Assembly: GCA_028023455.1 (NCBI GenBank)
Contig: JAQFVV010000006.1
Span: 8,370,001-8,434,000 of the forward strand
DNA length: 64,000 nt
Source: Epiperipatus broadwayi
Taxonomy: Eukaryota > Animalia > Onychophora
Direction: 5' to 3'
This document shows, piece after piece, positions 1-13,100 of the stretch. The notes below the pieces were generated by a model, which made no database searches, was not told the DNA's origin, and saw only the letters and a list, made by a program, of their open reading frames with translations. Both the position numbers and the translations under genes were made by a program. How positions within the stretch are numbered: position 1 is the first letter of the stretch; every line of letters starts with the position of its first letter.

Positions 1-1610
1 TTACGTAGAGGGGAAATTTGATAATATAGGTGTCGCTAGTGTTTTTAAACAACTGAAGATTCTGGGAATGGCAATCCAAGATTTTAATATTTCTTCTTTA
101 GCATTTTATTTTTTATTATACCCAATAATCGATCATTTTCGATCTTTTTCAAGTCATTTCTCAAATCAACAAACTTTTATTTCTATATAGAAATGGACTG
201 GTAATCAGTCCAATTCAATATGATCCTAACATAACCACTCAAGAATTTACAAATTTGTTGACTGATGTTTATGTCTGGATATAAAATAAATTTTCATATT
301 TCTCCAAATTACCTCAACTGCAGAAATTCTACTTGTATATATATATTTTGTATATGCAAAATATTTATATTTATTTGAAATAACATTATAATGTCTAATT
401 TACCTTTGAATGCTCTGATTAAATTAATCGTTAGAATAATTATTTCCTTAATATCTTGCAATTTAATATTTAATTCATTTGAATGGAAGCACAAATCAGT
501 AAAAAACATTAATTTTGAATGCCTCTGACATCCATCAATTCACTGTATTTTTCAATTATATTATAATGATGTAAAAAAAAAGTAATTTCTTTAAAATAAG
601 CAACAAATCTTTGAAAAACTTTTTCCACAACTTAATCAGTGGATATTATTGTACAAAAGAAAACTGCTATATAATAAGTTTACATCATTTGGACAGGTCC
701 AGAATTTTTGTTTATTTAAAATATGTGCAGGTAGAAAATTGATTAACTTTGTTGCAAAGTTTACAATATTTTCCAGTATCTCGAAACTAACTTTGGAACA
801 TGAAACCTCCTGATGTATAGAGCTGTGAAAATCCATAACTGCATACATTTGGAAAATATATGGACAAAACCACTCTCATATCCAATCATATTGTGAGCAC
901 GGTTAGTTGTTATTGATATAATTTTGGAAAGATGTATTTCTTTTTCAGCAAATACATTTACAATTGCATTGCAAATACCTATTCCATTGTTGCTGCTACT
1001 AACAATGTTAAAACTGATTAATTCCTCCTTGATATTATTCATAATACAATAATGAATAAAAATCATTAAACGAACTGTTCCAGTTACGTCAGTAATTTCA
1101 TCATGACAGTGAAACGTAAAAGTGGAACTTTACATCTATTTTTTTCTAATTGGTTATTCTTTTAGCCACTTCCAAGATTCTATCTTTTAACATATTTCTT
1201 ACCAAAAGCATATCTTTTATTCTTTGAATAATTTTATTTTTTGTTTTAAATAGATTTAAAAAGGATAGGTACACATTTAAATCTTTCTTGTTTTGAATAT
1301 TCACCATCATCAAAAGATTTACCCTGTTTGGCAATTATGTTTGTGCAATAAGCAGCGGTTATAGTAGAGTGACTGATGTTTAATTAGGGATATTCGCTGA
1401 GCATCTTTATTTTAAATAGCCTGTGCAATAAATTATTTTTGTTCTTCTTTATCAAGAAGAGATACACATGGTTTGTTTCATAATGCCATTTTAATGACGT
1501 TACACATAAAGCTCAAACTGCTTTACTGCTTTATTAATTATACCATCTTTTCCTGATCACCAACTCCAGAATTAACTATGGCTTAATATCGATCATTTTT
1601 GGTTTTTACA
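1..1610 (-). pseudogene. Degenerate hAT transposase, Buster/SPIN (GTF2IRD2/ZBED5-like) type; runs off window start
   Basis: Collinear motifs across frameshifts: NVIKWHYETNH, IAKQGKSFDDGE, IIQRIKDMLLVRN, ISITTNRAHNMIG (cf. SITTDGAPAMVG), FHSSIHQEVSC (cf. HCIIHQEALC), LLYNNIHWLSCG (cf. LLYHNEVRWLSRG), MFFTDLCFHSNELNIKLQ, SWIAIPRIFSCLK..FPST. Multiple stops and frameshifts. Confidence 0.85.
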
Positions 1611-2355
1611 TACACTGCCCATTTAATTAAAATGGTTTTCTTAAAACAAAATAAAAAATACTGAGAAAAATCTCTATAAAAAATAATTTGTAAATTTTTT
1701 TACTTTTAAATGCATCCACATATAATATCAGCATATGTACTACATTTGATACACGTGTGCACAAACAATATGTTTACTGCTTTGCACATTGCTGGTCCAT
1801 GTTGCGGTACATGCCGCTATTGACACAAATTTAAATGCATGCAAGATTAGAGATGACGGTAGAGACATGTATCTACTACAAAACAGAGTGCAATATGGGA
1901 ATTCAAATAACTTTTTGTTAATTTTTCTGGCATGAAAACTTTTAAATAATTATTAACAAATAATTTTAATAAACTATAGACTAATAATAATATCATTTAC
2001 ATAAGCTACCAAAATTTCCTTAAGTCTCAACTCCGCCATGTGTCACTAGGTTCCCCAATAATGGAACTAGATAATGTGCATGAATATAAAAGGATCACAG
2101 GGTAATAAGCAGTTTATACCTTTAACCCTTTTTCCTAAATGCATACACTAAACACAGCCTTTCAAAAAGGAAAACATATTTGTGGACATGCAAGAAAACT
2201 GAAATTCAAATATGGTAATAAATTTAAGTTTAAAACTTTATTATTTGTTAAACCAGGCTTTGAATATGGTGTATCTTTGTCAAAGCATGACCAAGAAATA
2301 AAATTAGCAAAATATTAGCAGTATCCATCAGTGTGTAAAATGTAAATCAAACTGA

Positions 2356-2700
2356 GTGCTAATTATTATAAATTTGCTTATTTGCATGCGAAAAGCTTCA
2401 GGCTTTGTAATCATATTAAATGACGTGTTTACTAGAAGGAATGCTATTGGCTCCACCATTTACACAGCTTTGGGAGATGGTAATATGCCAAGTTTCTTTT
2501 ATTTTCAATTTTTTATTCTTAATATTGAGACAGAAAATCTTAGCATCAATAGGTTTGAAGAAAATGACCAGTGTTATTTTTGTGGTCAATAAATACTGAG
2601 CTATAAGTTTGGCTGGATATGGCCCTGTTACATAAATAAAAATGCTGGGCTATTCCAGATTTTAGGTTTGCATGGATTCTCCATAGCCTTCATGATTAAC
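2356..2700 (+). mobile_element. Possible L1/Tx1-type LINE 3' remnant
   Basis: FYFQFFILNIETENLSINRFEENDQCYFCGQ resembles the FQFKILN...C..C zinc-knuckle region at Tx1 ORF2 C-termini; by eye only. Confidence 0.3.
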
Positions 2701-4879
2701 CCATTCTTAGAATTATTGATGTCTATTTAGCAGCTGAGGGCATCTGAAACCATGTGCAAAATGGATATATATAATCTTTGAGTATATATTAGGGATGTAT
2801 GACATATCAATCCATGGCTTAGTGTTGGGTGTATCATTATATGTACATGCATTATTAAATATCCTTGTTTGTCAAGCGTGGAACTTGAGTAGCCAACCCT
2901 AACCATGTCCTTCCTATAGCATTCTATACTATTTCTTTTATCCCCTTCAAATTTATAAAGTTTTTTATTCCTAGACAAAAAGACAAAGATACACTGTATC
3001 GAAAGCCAGGCTTAGCAAATAATAAAGCTTTAAACTTAAATTTATTATATATTTGAGTTTCAGTTTTCTTATAAGTATGTAAAAATCTTCTTTACTATAT
3101 ACTACGTTATAAATACATATACATTCCCAAATACACAAATAGCTTGCTTTTTAATCAAAATAGTAATTTCAACAAAATATTTTTTTTATTTTCATAATTT
3201 TTTTTTATTATTATGGAAAATATAAAGATATCTTTCAAAACAAAAAAAGATATTTTTTTTTTTTTTAAAAAGGAAAATGTATTGTAATTAATAATTTTCA
3301 AATTTAAATTTCGATGACCTTCAGAATAAAAATAGAAATAAACAATATAAAAATTCATTTAAAAAAATGTAAGATTCGAAAGCAAATTATAGGCAATTTA
3401 AAAAACTGACTAGAATTTGACAATACTACGTTATCTGATAAATATGTTCGTTTTTCAATATCCTATTTGAACTTAAATCAAAAAATTGACATATCTTAAT
3501 TTCTGGTACTAACGGCAATATTTGAATTAAAATAATACTACTGGTATCAACGACTGGAGATTAATTAATTTTAATTTTCCGTTACAAAAAGAATATACTT
3601 TTGGTATAAATATCTAGAATTTATATTAGAATGTTATGGTTCCATGACCAAAAAAAACGTGTACTGTTTTTTTTTTAAATAAAATTTAATTTTTGACAAA
3701 TAATATCCCTATATAGATGCAGGCAATCCTTGGCTTCCATAATTAATGTGTTCAATAAGATTTTGTGTATTCGGGATTTTTCCATCAGATAGATGCACGT
3801 ATTAAGAGTTCCATATATCTAAATGAAAATAAGTACTACAATATATTTAAAAAAATGTTACACATAGCATAACACAAATGAAACCGAGGGCTAAATTGAC
3901 TTGCGGAATAGATAGTGTATTTTAATACGCTGGCAATTGTTTACATATATATGTTTTTATAGTAATCAATACCTATCCCTACTTTTATGACTGTAGACGT
4001 ATATTTATAAGCAAAGGTACTTGGAAAATGAAAATACAAGCGATTTTACTTTTGATATTGCTGATTCTTCATTTCATTAATCAACGGTATTTAAAGTTGA
4101 TGTAAGAATTTAAAAGTAGTTGCAGCTTTCTATGCTAAATATGTATATTTATTTATCTTTTTTTAACGTCATTAATCAGAGAATGGTATTGTTTGAAATA
4201 TCTCATGAAAAAATAATATCAAATGTAGACCATCAAGATTTAACTAGGATCACATATTTAAGAAAAATTCAGACTTGAATATTATTAGAGAACATATTAT
4301 TTTCTCATCATAGTTATGCCACCTTGTGCAAGCTTAGCAATCAACAAATGCCTAATGGTAGTATTTGATAAATCCCTATCCAGCACTGTTCTATCCTACT
4401 TATTAAAAACTTTCACCTGGCATCTATTGATTACTAAAGCTTACACAAAGTGGCATAACTGATGAATAAAAAAGAATTTACTGCTGATCAATATTGTGTA
4501 AATTGGTAGTTTGCAACTTTTATTAGAGAGCATTGATATTTTCCGTTTTTTTAAAGAGTATAATTATTTCTGACTGTTTATTTTCCGTTATTATTACAAT
4601 TTTTAGGCAGCAATATTTTTTAACAATTATAACTACTGTAGTCGGGCAGCATAATACAATCCACAGGCATTTGGTTCTGAGAACTTCATGCCGATGTTTG
4701 AAATAGAGGATAATATCAAATTCCATACAATATATTTTCACCATATACATACTTATAGTATTCAAAAATTATACACATTAAGATATCAATAAAAATAACT
4801 AGCTTAACGGTAAAATAATGTGAAAAAAAAACAAAACAATACGGTAATAAAGTGAAGAGGCAACTCATTCACATCTGTA

Positions 4880-5330
4880 AAATAATGCTTTCACCATAAC
4901 AGCAATCATAAAACTGATTTGAGTGCGGCCAATAAAATGGTTTGCCATAACAGTAACATGATTCGAAGTAAATGGAACTTATAAATTTAAATATAACGGT
5001 CATCATTAACAAAAATGCCTAGCATTAAAAATGCACTAAGATCATATTTAATATTTTCCATGATTTCTCCAAAGTCAATATATTCAATTCAAATTTATGA
5101 ATTTCATAATTTTTCAGGTTTTTTTTTGTTAAATTTAATATTTCTTTCCAAATCACATGTATACTGAATCCATGGATAAGAAAAATGACTGCATTCTTTA
5201 TGAATAACACATTTAGTTTTTTTGATGCAAATTTCTTTCACTATACATTCGTAAGCTACTTTCTTAAGCTCTTGAGTAAATTATTTTATGAATTTGCTTT
5301 GTATCACTTTCATAATAATGACTAAAATAA
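4880..5330 (-). mobile_element. Possible second Buster-type hAT C-terminal remnant
   Basis: NAVIFLIHGFSI...FELNILTLEK and ISSIYFESCY (cf. FGSTYxCESxF); heavily decayed. Confidence 0.3.
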
Positions 5331-5649
5331 GGACATTTAGTGGCATTTGTTATGTATCCGTGGGGAAGAGAATTTGCAATAATTAAAACACCAGTAAATC
5401 TCAATAACAGTTCAGGATTGAGAATTACAAGGTATACATACAATAAATGACCAGTCTAAACTTCTTGGTTCTTATATAGAATTTGGTATGCACATATCAA
5501 CCATAAAAATTACTTCTACTATTAGACTAATTACAAAGAGGTATTCAAATTTTATACACTTACTTACTAGCAGGAAGTCATAAACAAGTATGGCCATTAT
5601 TATTCCAATAAAAAAAAAAAAACTTTTCTGATGGTGGTATAAGTCAATA

Positions 5650-5990
5650 AATGAAACATATTCTTATACCATATCAGTTCTTTAATCTGTTTGTTTGACA
5701 ACTTTGGATTCTATCTTTTAACTTTTTTGGCAGTGAATTTTTCTTTCTGAAATACTTCAACATTCTACTCTCCAGTTGTATTCTAATCCTGGCCATATTT
5801 TCACTATAAAACCAATCAATATCACATTTCTTTGGAATTTTTTTAAAGATAATATTTATAATGTAAATGAGGTCTACATCTGTTATGAAAAGCATATTCA
5901 TTATAAAATATTTTTTTTAGAAAGTTTGTTATCATTCCATTCATTCACGTATCAAATCTGACAGATGATTTCTTACAATAATAGATACAG
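5650..5990 (-). mobile_element. Possible R4/Dong-like non-LTR remnant (post-RT region)
   Basis: Frameshifted (Y)AFH..TDVDLIYI (cf. GAFHPKSDVDRLY), then KKLKDRIQSCQ. Shares CTTTGGATTCTATCTTTTA with the segment near 7035-7055. Confidence 0.3.
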
Positions 5991-6129
5991 TATCCTTTAC
6001 TCACACTACCATATGCCAGAATATAATATAATAAAAATATATTGAAACCAAGCCAGGCAGTAATAAAGCTAAATATTATTTTTAAAAACTACCTTTTTTT
6101 ATATTAAGAAAAATACAATACATATCATT

Positions 6130-6770
6130 GGTTACATTGGTTCAAAAAACAATAGTCTTGATATCTTGCAAAATCTCTAAGATATTGTCTTGTAGAATGC
6201 TCATTCTCTTCAAGGTTCATTGGTTCAACTTGACTCCATAGAGCTTGTTTTCCTAAACCACTGAGTACTGATCACTCTACAGTTTCATGGTTCCCATCAA
6301 AGAGACCTTCTTGCAGACTAATCACTTCGTCATCTGTAGAGTCAACATGATCTCCGAGTTTGTCAGAGATCTACATTAAATGATCATGTAGTTCCATTGT
6401 TGTTTCATGTGTATTATCTCTCCATTGCCTAACTAGTTTTGGCCTTAACAGCTTCTCAACCCTTTCCTCATCACTCTCTTGTCTGTTAGCCTCACAGCAT
6501 ATGTCATACCTGTATCTAATTCTTTGATTTCTTTCGATTTGCTCCTGTGTTTTTCCTGGTATGTAGTTGACTTTCACTCTCCTTTCAGCTCTGGCAGGCT
6601 TGAAAGTCAATGTCACTCCACAATTCCTTTGATTTTTCAGTTGTCTTTGATACATTCACTAGATCTTCTACAGACATTTCGAGTATTTCACCTAGACAAC
6701 ATTGATGGCCTATTTCCTGGTTGCATTTTTCCTTTTCTGTGTGTATTTTCATTTTACCAGCTATCACAGA
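6130..6770 (-). mobile_element. RTE-clade LINE remnant (endonuclease-RT linker and RT start)
   Basis: About 170-codon frame with only 3 stops; GVKLNQ*TLKRMSILQDNILEILQD resembles GAxECNQHRTISLMSHxxKILLRI; upstream CNQEIGHQC resembles the RTE linker. Confidence 0.45.
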
Positions 6771-6989
6771 GGCTCAGAAAAGAAGAAAAATAGTAACAAT
6801 TAAATTAATGAGAAATATAGTAACTGCTCAAAGTTAAAAGCAAAAGATGAATATTTGGGAGAATAAAAGTATTATATTAGACATTATCTTTTCAATATCA
6901 GAAAACAAAGAAAAAAAAATAAGAAAGTAAAAAATCAAAGATAATTTGATAATGATTGCACAAACTAATAAGTGAAATAGATATATAGA

Positions 6990-7330
6990 TATATATAACA
7001 ACTTTATCCTTTATAAAGTTCTTTCATATGGCATCTTTGGATTCTATCTTTTAGCTTTTTCTGCATTAACAATTCCAATATTTATAATGTTATACACTGA
7101 AATAAATAATCATACCTTCTAAATATCCATAATTGCAAAGCGGAAGTAATTACTACCCACGAGTCATGTAGCGTCCAAAAGCAATAAAAAGATACAATAT
7201 ACCATTCTATTTAGGGCTATATTTCATTTGGTGTTCAAAGGCTGTTAAAATTAAGACTCGTTCTTCATTCTTTAAATATATTAATGGCGATTGAAGAACA
7301 TTTAGTCTATACACAAATTAAAACAAGAGA
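6990..7330 (-). mobile_element. Possible second R4/Dong-like remnant, homologous to 5650-5990
   Basis: LIYLKNEERVLILTAFEHQ and QKKLKDRIQRCHMKELYKDK; nucleotide match to the 5700-5730 segment. Confidence 0.25.
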
Positions 7331-8524
7331 CAAATTCACCGTATAATTTAAAAATCAAGACAAAAACTAAGTTTATATAACAAAAGAGTCCAAAGATAGA
7401 ATGGTATCATTCTATCTCTTCATTGATTTTTAATGCTACATAACGCAGTGGAAGATAGTAACTTCCACTTTGCAAATTATTCACATGTCAAAATGTTATC
7501 CCCTGTGTGATTTGGTATAGGTAGAATAGAAGACCCTGGAGCTCCAGACCCATAGTGTTTGAAAGACATAAGAATTCCTGGATAGTAAACGATTCGACTA
7601 TATATATTAATAATTTGATGAAACAATTTTTTTTAAAAATATTAATAAATATATTAATCAATTAAGAGCCCCAGGATTTTTATTAATTTTATACTACAAG
7701 CTTTTATTTCAGCTGTTTAATTAATCATAAACAATAAAATGATTGCTATTCATAAAGAAAATAATTTTGCTAAAATGATTTTTATAAAAATGAAAATAAA
7801 ATAACATGCCAAAATCAAACAGAGTTTTAGCAAATCAGCAGTGAATAGGCATTCAGAATAAAAAGGGATTCCAAACAAAATATTAAAAAAAAAAAAACCT
7901 GTAATTAATCAATATTACCACTTTTATGCATTAATTAATTAATGACATTAATTATAATAATTAAAACTGATAATTAATTGTGTTGCAATTACTGATTTTA
8001 TTTCTGTCGGAAGTGTTAAAAATTTAGTTTAAAAAAATTAATTACAAAAAGATATTAATTTACAGAAAATGATTAAATACTTAAGTAATGGGATGACGTT
8101 ACAATTCTATTAAAAAAAAGACTTTCAAAATCAATATATATATTTTTTTCAGTTAACAATAATGTTTTAATATTTAGAAAAAGTGCATTAAATAATAAAA
8201 ATACAAGAATCTATAATTGTACAGGGATAAACAGAATATTTTTAATTTCAAATATACATTATGTTTAGCAAAAAAAAAAAAAGGAATAGCATAGAACCCA
8301 TATTTCTTAAATACAAAGGCAATTCTTGATCATATATAAATAGACCTTCAAATACATATTTGACATAATTAAGGTAATTAATCCACTGAAGCAACTTAGA
8401 TTTAAAAGTATTCGAGGTTCCTCTTGATAATATATGTATATGCAGTGGAATTGTAAACAACTCTATATTTTGTTCCAACTTCCTTCACATATAAACATAT
8501 ATAGCAATTATCCAAATCATCCTG

Positions 8525-8675
8525 CAAAACGTTATACTTCAGCAATGCCCTCTGTGAATAAATAAAATGTCTGAACTTCAAACAGCTGATTCAAAGTGTA
8601 TCCTTTTGAATCATATGTTTTAAGTACAGATTTTATATTTATCTACAGAGGGCGTTGCTGAAATATCATAATGTT
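8525..8675. repeat. About 150-bp foldback (MITE-like)
   Basis: TTCAGCAATGCCCTCTGTGAATAAATAAAAT (8538) is the near reverse complement of ATTTTATATTTATCTACAGAGGGCGTTGCTGAA (ends 8662); inner hairpin TGATTCAAA...TTTGAATCA. Confidence 0.7.
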
Positions 8676-8761
8676 TGGGAGGGTGATTTGAATATTTTCT
8701 ATTTAATTTTCAGCTAGGATATGCATTGGAATATTTCTGTAAATAGCATATAGCAGCTCAC

Positions 8762-9187
8762 ATTTAAACACAGGCAAAACTCTCCATATATTACCACCAC
8801 TCAGTCCAAGCCAGAATAATCAATGGAAGCAAGAAGGTTTGTGCATAAAATCTCTATCTAGTGCCTACTTATCCAATATCCCCAAACTAGTTTCTAGCTT
8901 TTGACTTTCACCAGTGAGGAGCCTTGGATCTGAGAGCACTGCACTTAGATCTTAGGATCTAGGTAGGGATTTTTTTTCTTGAGATTCTAAGATCTAGGTG
9001 GAGTGCTCTCAGATCCAAGGCTCCTCACTGACGAAACCTAGAAACTACTTGGGGAATATTGGACTGTATGCACAAACCTTCATGCATCCATTGATTTCTC
9101 TGGCTTGCACTGACAGGCACTTCTATATGGATAGTTTTGCCTGTGTGTAAACAGCTTGAATAAGCATATAAAGAATGGTAATCATGT
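8762..9187. mobile_element. Foldback MITE, family A copy 1
   Basis: Imperfect inverted arms of about 200 bp (e.g. CAGTGAGGAGCCTTGGATCTGAGAGCACT / AGTGCTCTCAGATCCAAGGCTCCTCACTG); homologous copy at 55915-56245. Confidence 0.85.
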
Positions 9188-9479
9188 GATGGTTGATAAA
9201 AACTCTTTAGATTAGAATGCATAATGTTTACAGAATGCAAATGCACAATAATTTTCAACACACATACATACATATAGCGTAGACACTTATTTATATGTAT
9301 AATATGAAAATCAAATTAATATTATAATATAACTAGAAAAATTTAAAACTTATAGTTACTAATAATAAATTGAGGGGACACATTTACATATAGTTTACTG
9401 TAAGTTCACTCATGTATTCACTGCAGCAATAATAATTTTTTAAAAAAACTAACTACCGTATTTTTATTTTTAAAATAAA

Positions 9480-10165
9480 CAACAAAATGTCTGATTTTGT
9501 TGCTATTAAATATGCTCTGGGTGACATTCTTTTTATTCAATAACTTTTTTCTCTAATAGAAACATAATAGTGGTCTTGTTATCAAGAAATTAGGAATCTT
9601 CTAATTATTTTGACATTTTAAAATCAGCAATTTCAAACTAAGCTACAAACTGACACGGTTAGAAACAATAAACCAAGAATGCTGCTTTCTACCTTACATA
9701 CCATCAATTGCTGGGAAATATTATAAAATATTTGCTGAATCCTTTGAACTAGGATTCCACATCCCACCATCAACAAAAAGAATGATAAACAATACCAAAA
9801 ACAAAATACCTTCTGATCAAATAGCCCAAGCAGTTTACAAAAATTTCATGCCCAACCAATGGATCTAGAGCAGCATATTATGGAAAGACCCGTGCCAACA
9901 TCGCCACCAGAACATCTCAACATCACTATTTATACAGGAAAGATCTAAACAATACTGAAAACAAACCCATATTCTTTGAGCACCAAAAAACAACAGGCCA
10001 TGTGTTCGAACCCACTATGGCAAGGGCACTGAACATAATAATATGAAATGAACATAAAGGAGGCATGATTTATTGCAAATGACAACTATGCAATAAACCA
10101 AAAACAATCGTGCTTTATAATCTCCAGAAAATGGTCTTTATGAAAGAAAACTTTGAATAAATTTT
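9480..10165 (+). mobile_element. Penelope-like element remnant: RT thumb, GIY-YIG endonuclease and start of pLTR
   Basis: LPYIPSIAGK...NTKNKIPSDQIAQAVYK[+1 fs]ISCPTNGSRAAYYGKTRANIATRTSQH...FFEHQKTTGHVF matches the PLE LPY...KDKIP...VVYKIPC...YIGQT.R.L..R..EH...H....GH.F layout. Confidence 0.85.
10124..10161 (+). ncRNA. Decayed hammerhead-like motif at the PLE 3' end
   Basis: CCAGAAAA T GGTC TTTAT GAAA GAAAAC TTTG AATAAA resembles CCTGAAGA T GGTC..GACC GAAAC..AATAAA and lies at the expected pLTR position; several substitutions needed. Confidence 0.3.
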
Positions 10166-13100
10166 GCATAAATTACTGCTAAGCTTCGTTTAAAATCTCA
10201 ATGTAAGCTGACACTCCCAAGATAGGCTTTGAATATGGAGACCTAAGTGCTCCAAAAGCACTACATCTTATAATTCTTTTCTAATAATACTAAGTTCACT
10301 TTTTTGGGTAAAGCGCAATTTAAAACTTACCACTCAAAGATAAAGTAAAAACAAGGATTTTATATCAACTTTATGGTAAATTCTAAAATTTTGGAAAAGC
10401 ATTATGCTCAGAAAATATTTTATTACACAAAATATTGCACATCAAATTTGGAAAAAAATAAATTACATGCATTCAACATAACACCAAGAAATCTTAATAA
10501 TAAATGTAATTTCGTATGCTGCTTCTTGATGGAAAACAGCTAATGGAGTATTATAAAAATTATTTATAAATTTTACTTTTTTTAAATGTGATCACATATG
10601 ATGGTCAGAGAAGAAAAAATGGTTGCTTTAATATTGTAAAATTATGAGAAATACATTTTCTCAAAAGCACTCAGCTATTTTAATTGATTAATTGCTATTA
10701 GTTTATTTTAATTTTAAATTACAGCTTTACATTATAAATGTGATAGCACTATTTAATATTATCATAATTTGGACAAGTGTAAAGCATAAATCTATAATTT
10801 ATTACTTAATTACATATTTGTTTCTTCACACTTTTCTTTGGATAACTTACAAATGAAGTCGGGTAGTAAAATACAGTGTAGTTTATGGCTTCACTGTATA
10901 GGCACAATTTCTTTTTAATAGATATTCAACATCCATAAGTAAATGCATCGAAATCACTCTTGCTTTATTCATATATGCAAATAATATAAAAATCTCAACT
11001 GATATTATATTGTAATGGGATGGGGAAGATGGAGTTTAAACCATGGGGGATCTGAGGAATTATATTTTTATCACCAAGTTAAAAAAAAATCTCAAAAGGG
11101 ATGAGGATAATAGATCACTGTGAGAGACCAGCATATGTAACCATAAGTTACTACCAGCACTCCCCAAAAGTAAATACTAGTACTACTCAAAAAGTCTCCA
11201 TCCATCATCAAAACTGAAAATACAGGTAAACAAACTTCAACATTCAAACACTCAATCCAATCTCCAAACTCATAGATTTTCTATTTAACTCTAAACATGA
11301 ACTTCTTTAAACTTTCATGAAAACTACTATTTTATAATTTATAATCATCATCAATACTCTTGTCACCTATTTCACAATAATTTTTAAAATTAATTCTGCA
11401 TAAAATGCATACTTTTTTTTTCTTTCTCAGTTTTGTAGTTTGAGATCAAGTTGACAATTTTGAAGTGATGATCACCGGCAAGTGATCATCATCAGCATTA
11501 CATTGGGCAGCCATCTATAATGATTACCACCGTACATTATCATCTTCAGCCCTGTTAGGTTGTCATTTGTAACAGGATGGGGAAGAAAAGAGTGAAGGTG
11601 AGATGATGAAAAGTTTGTAACAGGATGGATAAACAGAAGTGGAAAGAAAAGAGAGTTGTACCTGGGGTGATGGAAAATCATCATCACTTCCAAGAAAATT
11701 AAATTTACAATTTACAGAAAGTATAATATAAAGTAAGAATGATGTTTAAGATTAAGTATTATTAAAATAAGATAGATATTAAGAAAATGTTAAAATAATG
11801 TTTAACATCCAAAAATATATAAGCATGTTATATTAAAGAGAGAGCATGAGATCGTAAAATCTCTCCGAGATCAGCCCAGATACTCCTCAGAGCAACTATC
11901 AGTAATTATACATCAACCAGCATTATAATAAGTCAAAGTAAGTATTAGTAATAATCCAAGTAATAACTATTCATCATCATAAATGATCCATCAAAAGAAA
12001 TCAACAGTCAATCTAGTGACTGGATTGAAAATGGGTCTTCTTTAGACCAGGCTAACTATTGAGCTATTGCCAGCTTGGGGCAATTATTTAAATATAACTT
12101 GGATGCACCAACTAAGTGCTCATCCATATAAAACAATAAAAAATCAGAAAAACAATAATGCTGGGACATTAAAACATGCTGATCATCATCAATGCTCTGG
12201 CCATTTGTACTGGTCAACTACATAAACTTAACTTTTAATATGACTAAACTAAAATCAAATGTAGTGCATGGGTTTTAAAGAGCATTCTCTTTTCCACCAA
12301 CCAGGATGATGATCGATCATCTCTGGATGTCCAAAAGCACTAATACACAGCCCCATTCATTTATTTAGCACATGCTCGAATCTAGCTCAGAGAACCTAAG
12401 CTCTATTACTGTATGTGACCAAGAGATGGTGGAAACAGATATTCCAAAAATATTTAGAATCACTGAAATAATTTTCATAAATAAACACAAGTTTATTAAC
12501 AATAAAAATAAAATGATATTAAGGTCTAGAATAAGGTTATGCATATCAGTTAAATTTTCTGATTTTGTTAATATACAAATAATAATATTTAGACATTTTT
12601 ATATGTTTTAATTTATAATAAAATTCTGTTTTAAATCCAGAGTTATTTAACCCTTTATTGATTATTTTTATTCCCTGCGAATATAGAAAATATCTACAAA
12701 ATTTTTTGTCTGTGTTTATTTCTACTTTCCCTTTACTTAATATATATTTATGCATACACACTATATTGTGTGCCATACAACAGACTGTTATAATATATAC
12801 ATATTTTGATGGATTAAATAAAAATTATTGAAGTATTAGAACATATATAAATAATGGAAGTATAAAAAATAAAAACATAAATGTAGGAATGCTTTAGTGC
12901 ATAATTTCTTTAAGAAAAACATGTAATAATATACAGTAGTTGCTTTATAACTGTAAAATTTGGTTTTAAACCTAGTAATGAATTGAAATTTACAAACTAT
13001 ATAAAATATGCATTTTAAACACACATCCCTATATGCATATTAAAACGCTATACATGTTGCAATATATGCATAATTAAGAAAAAAAAATCATTAAATACAC

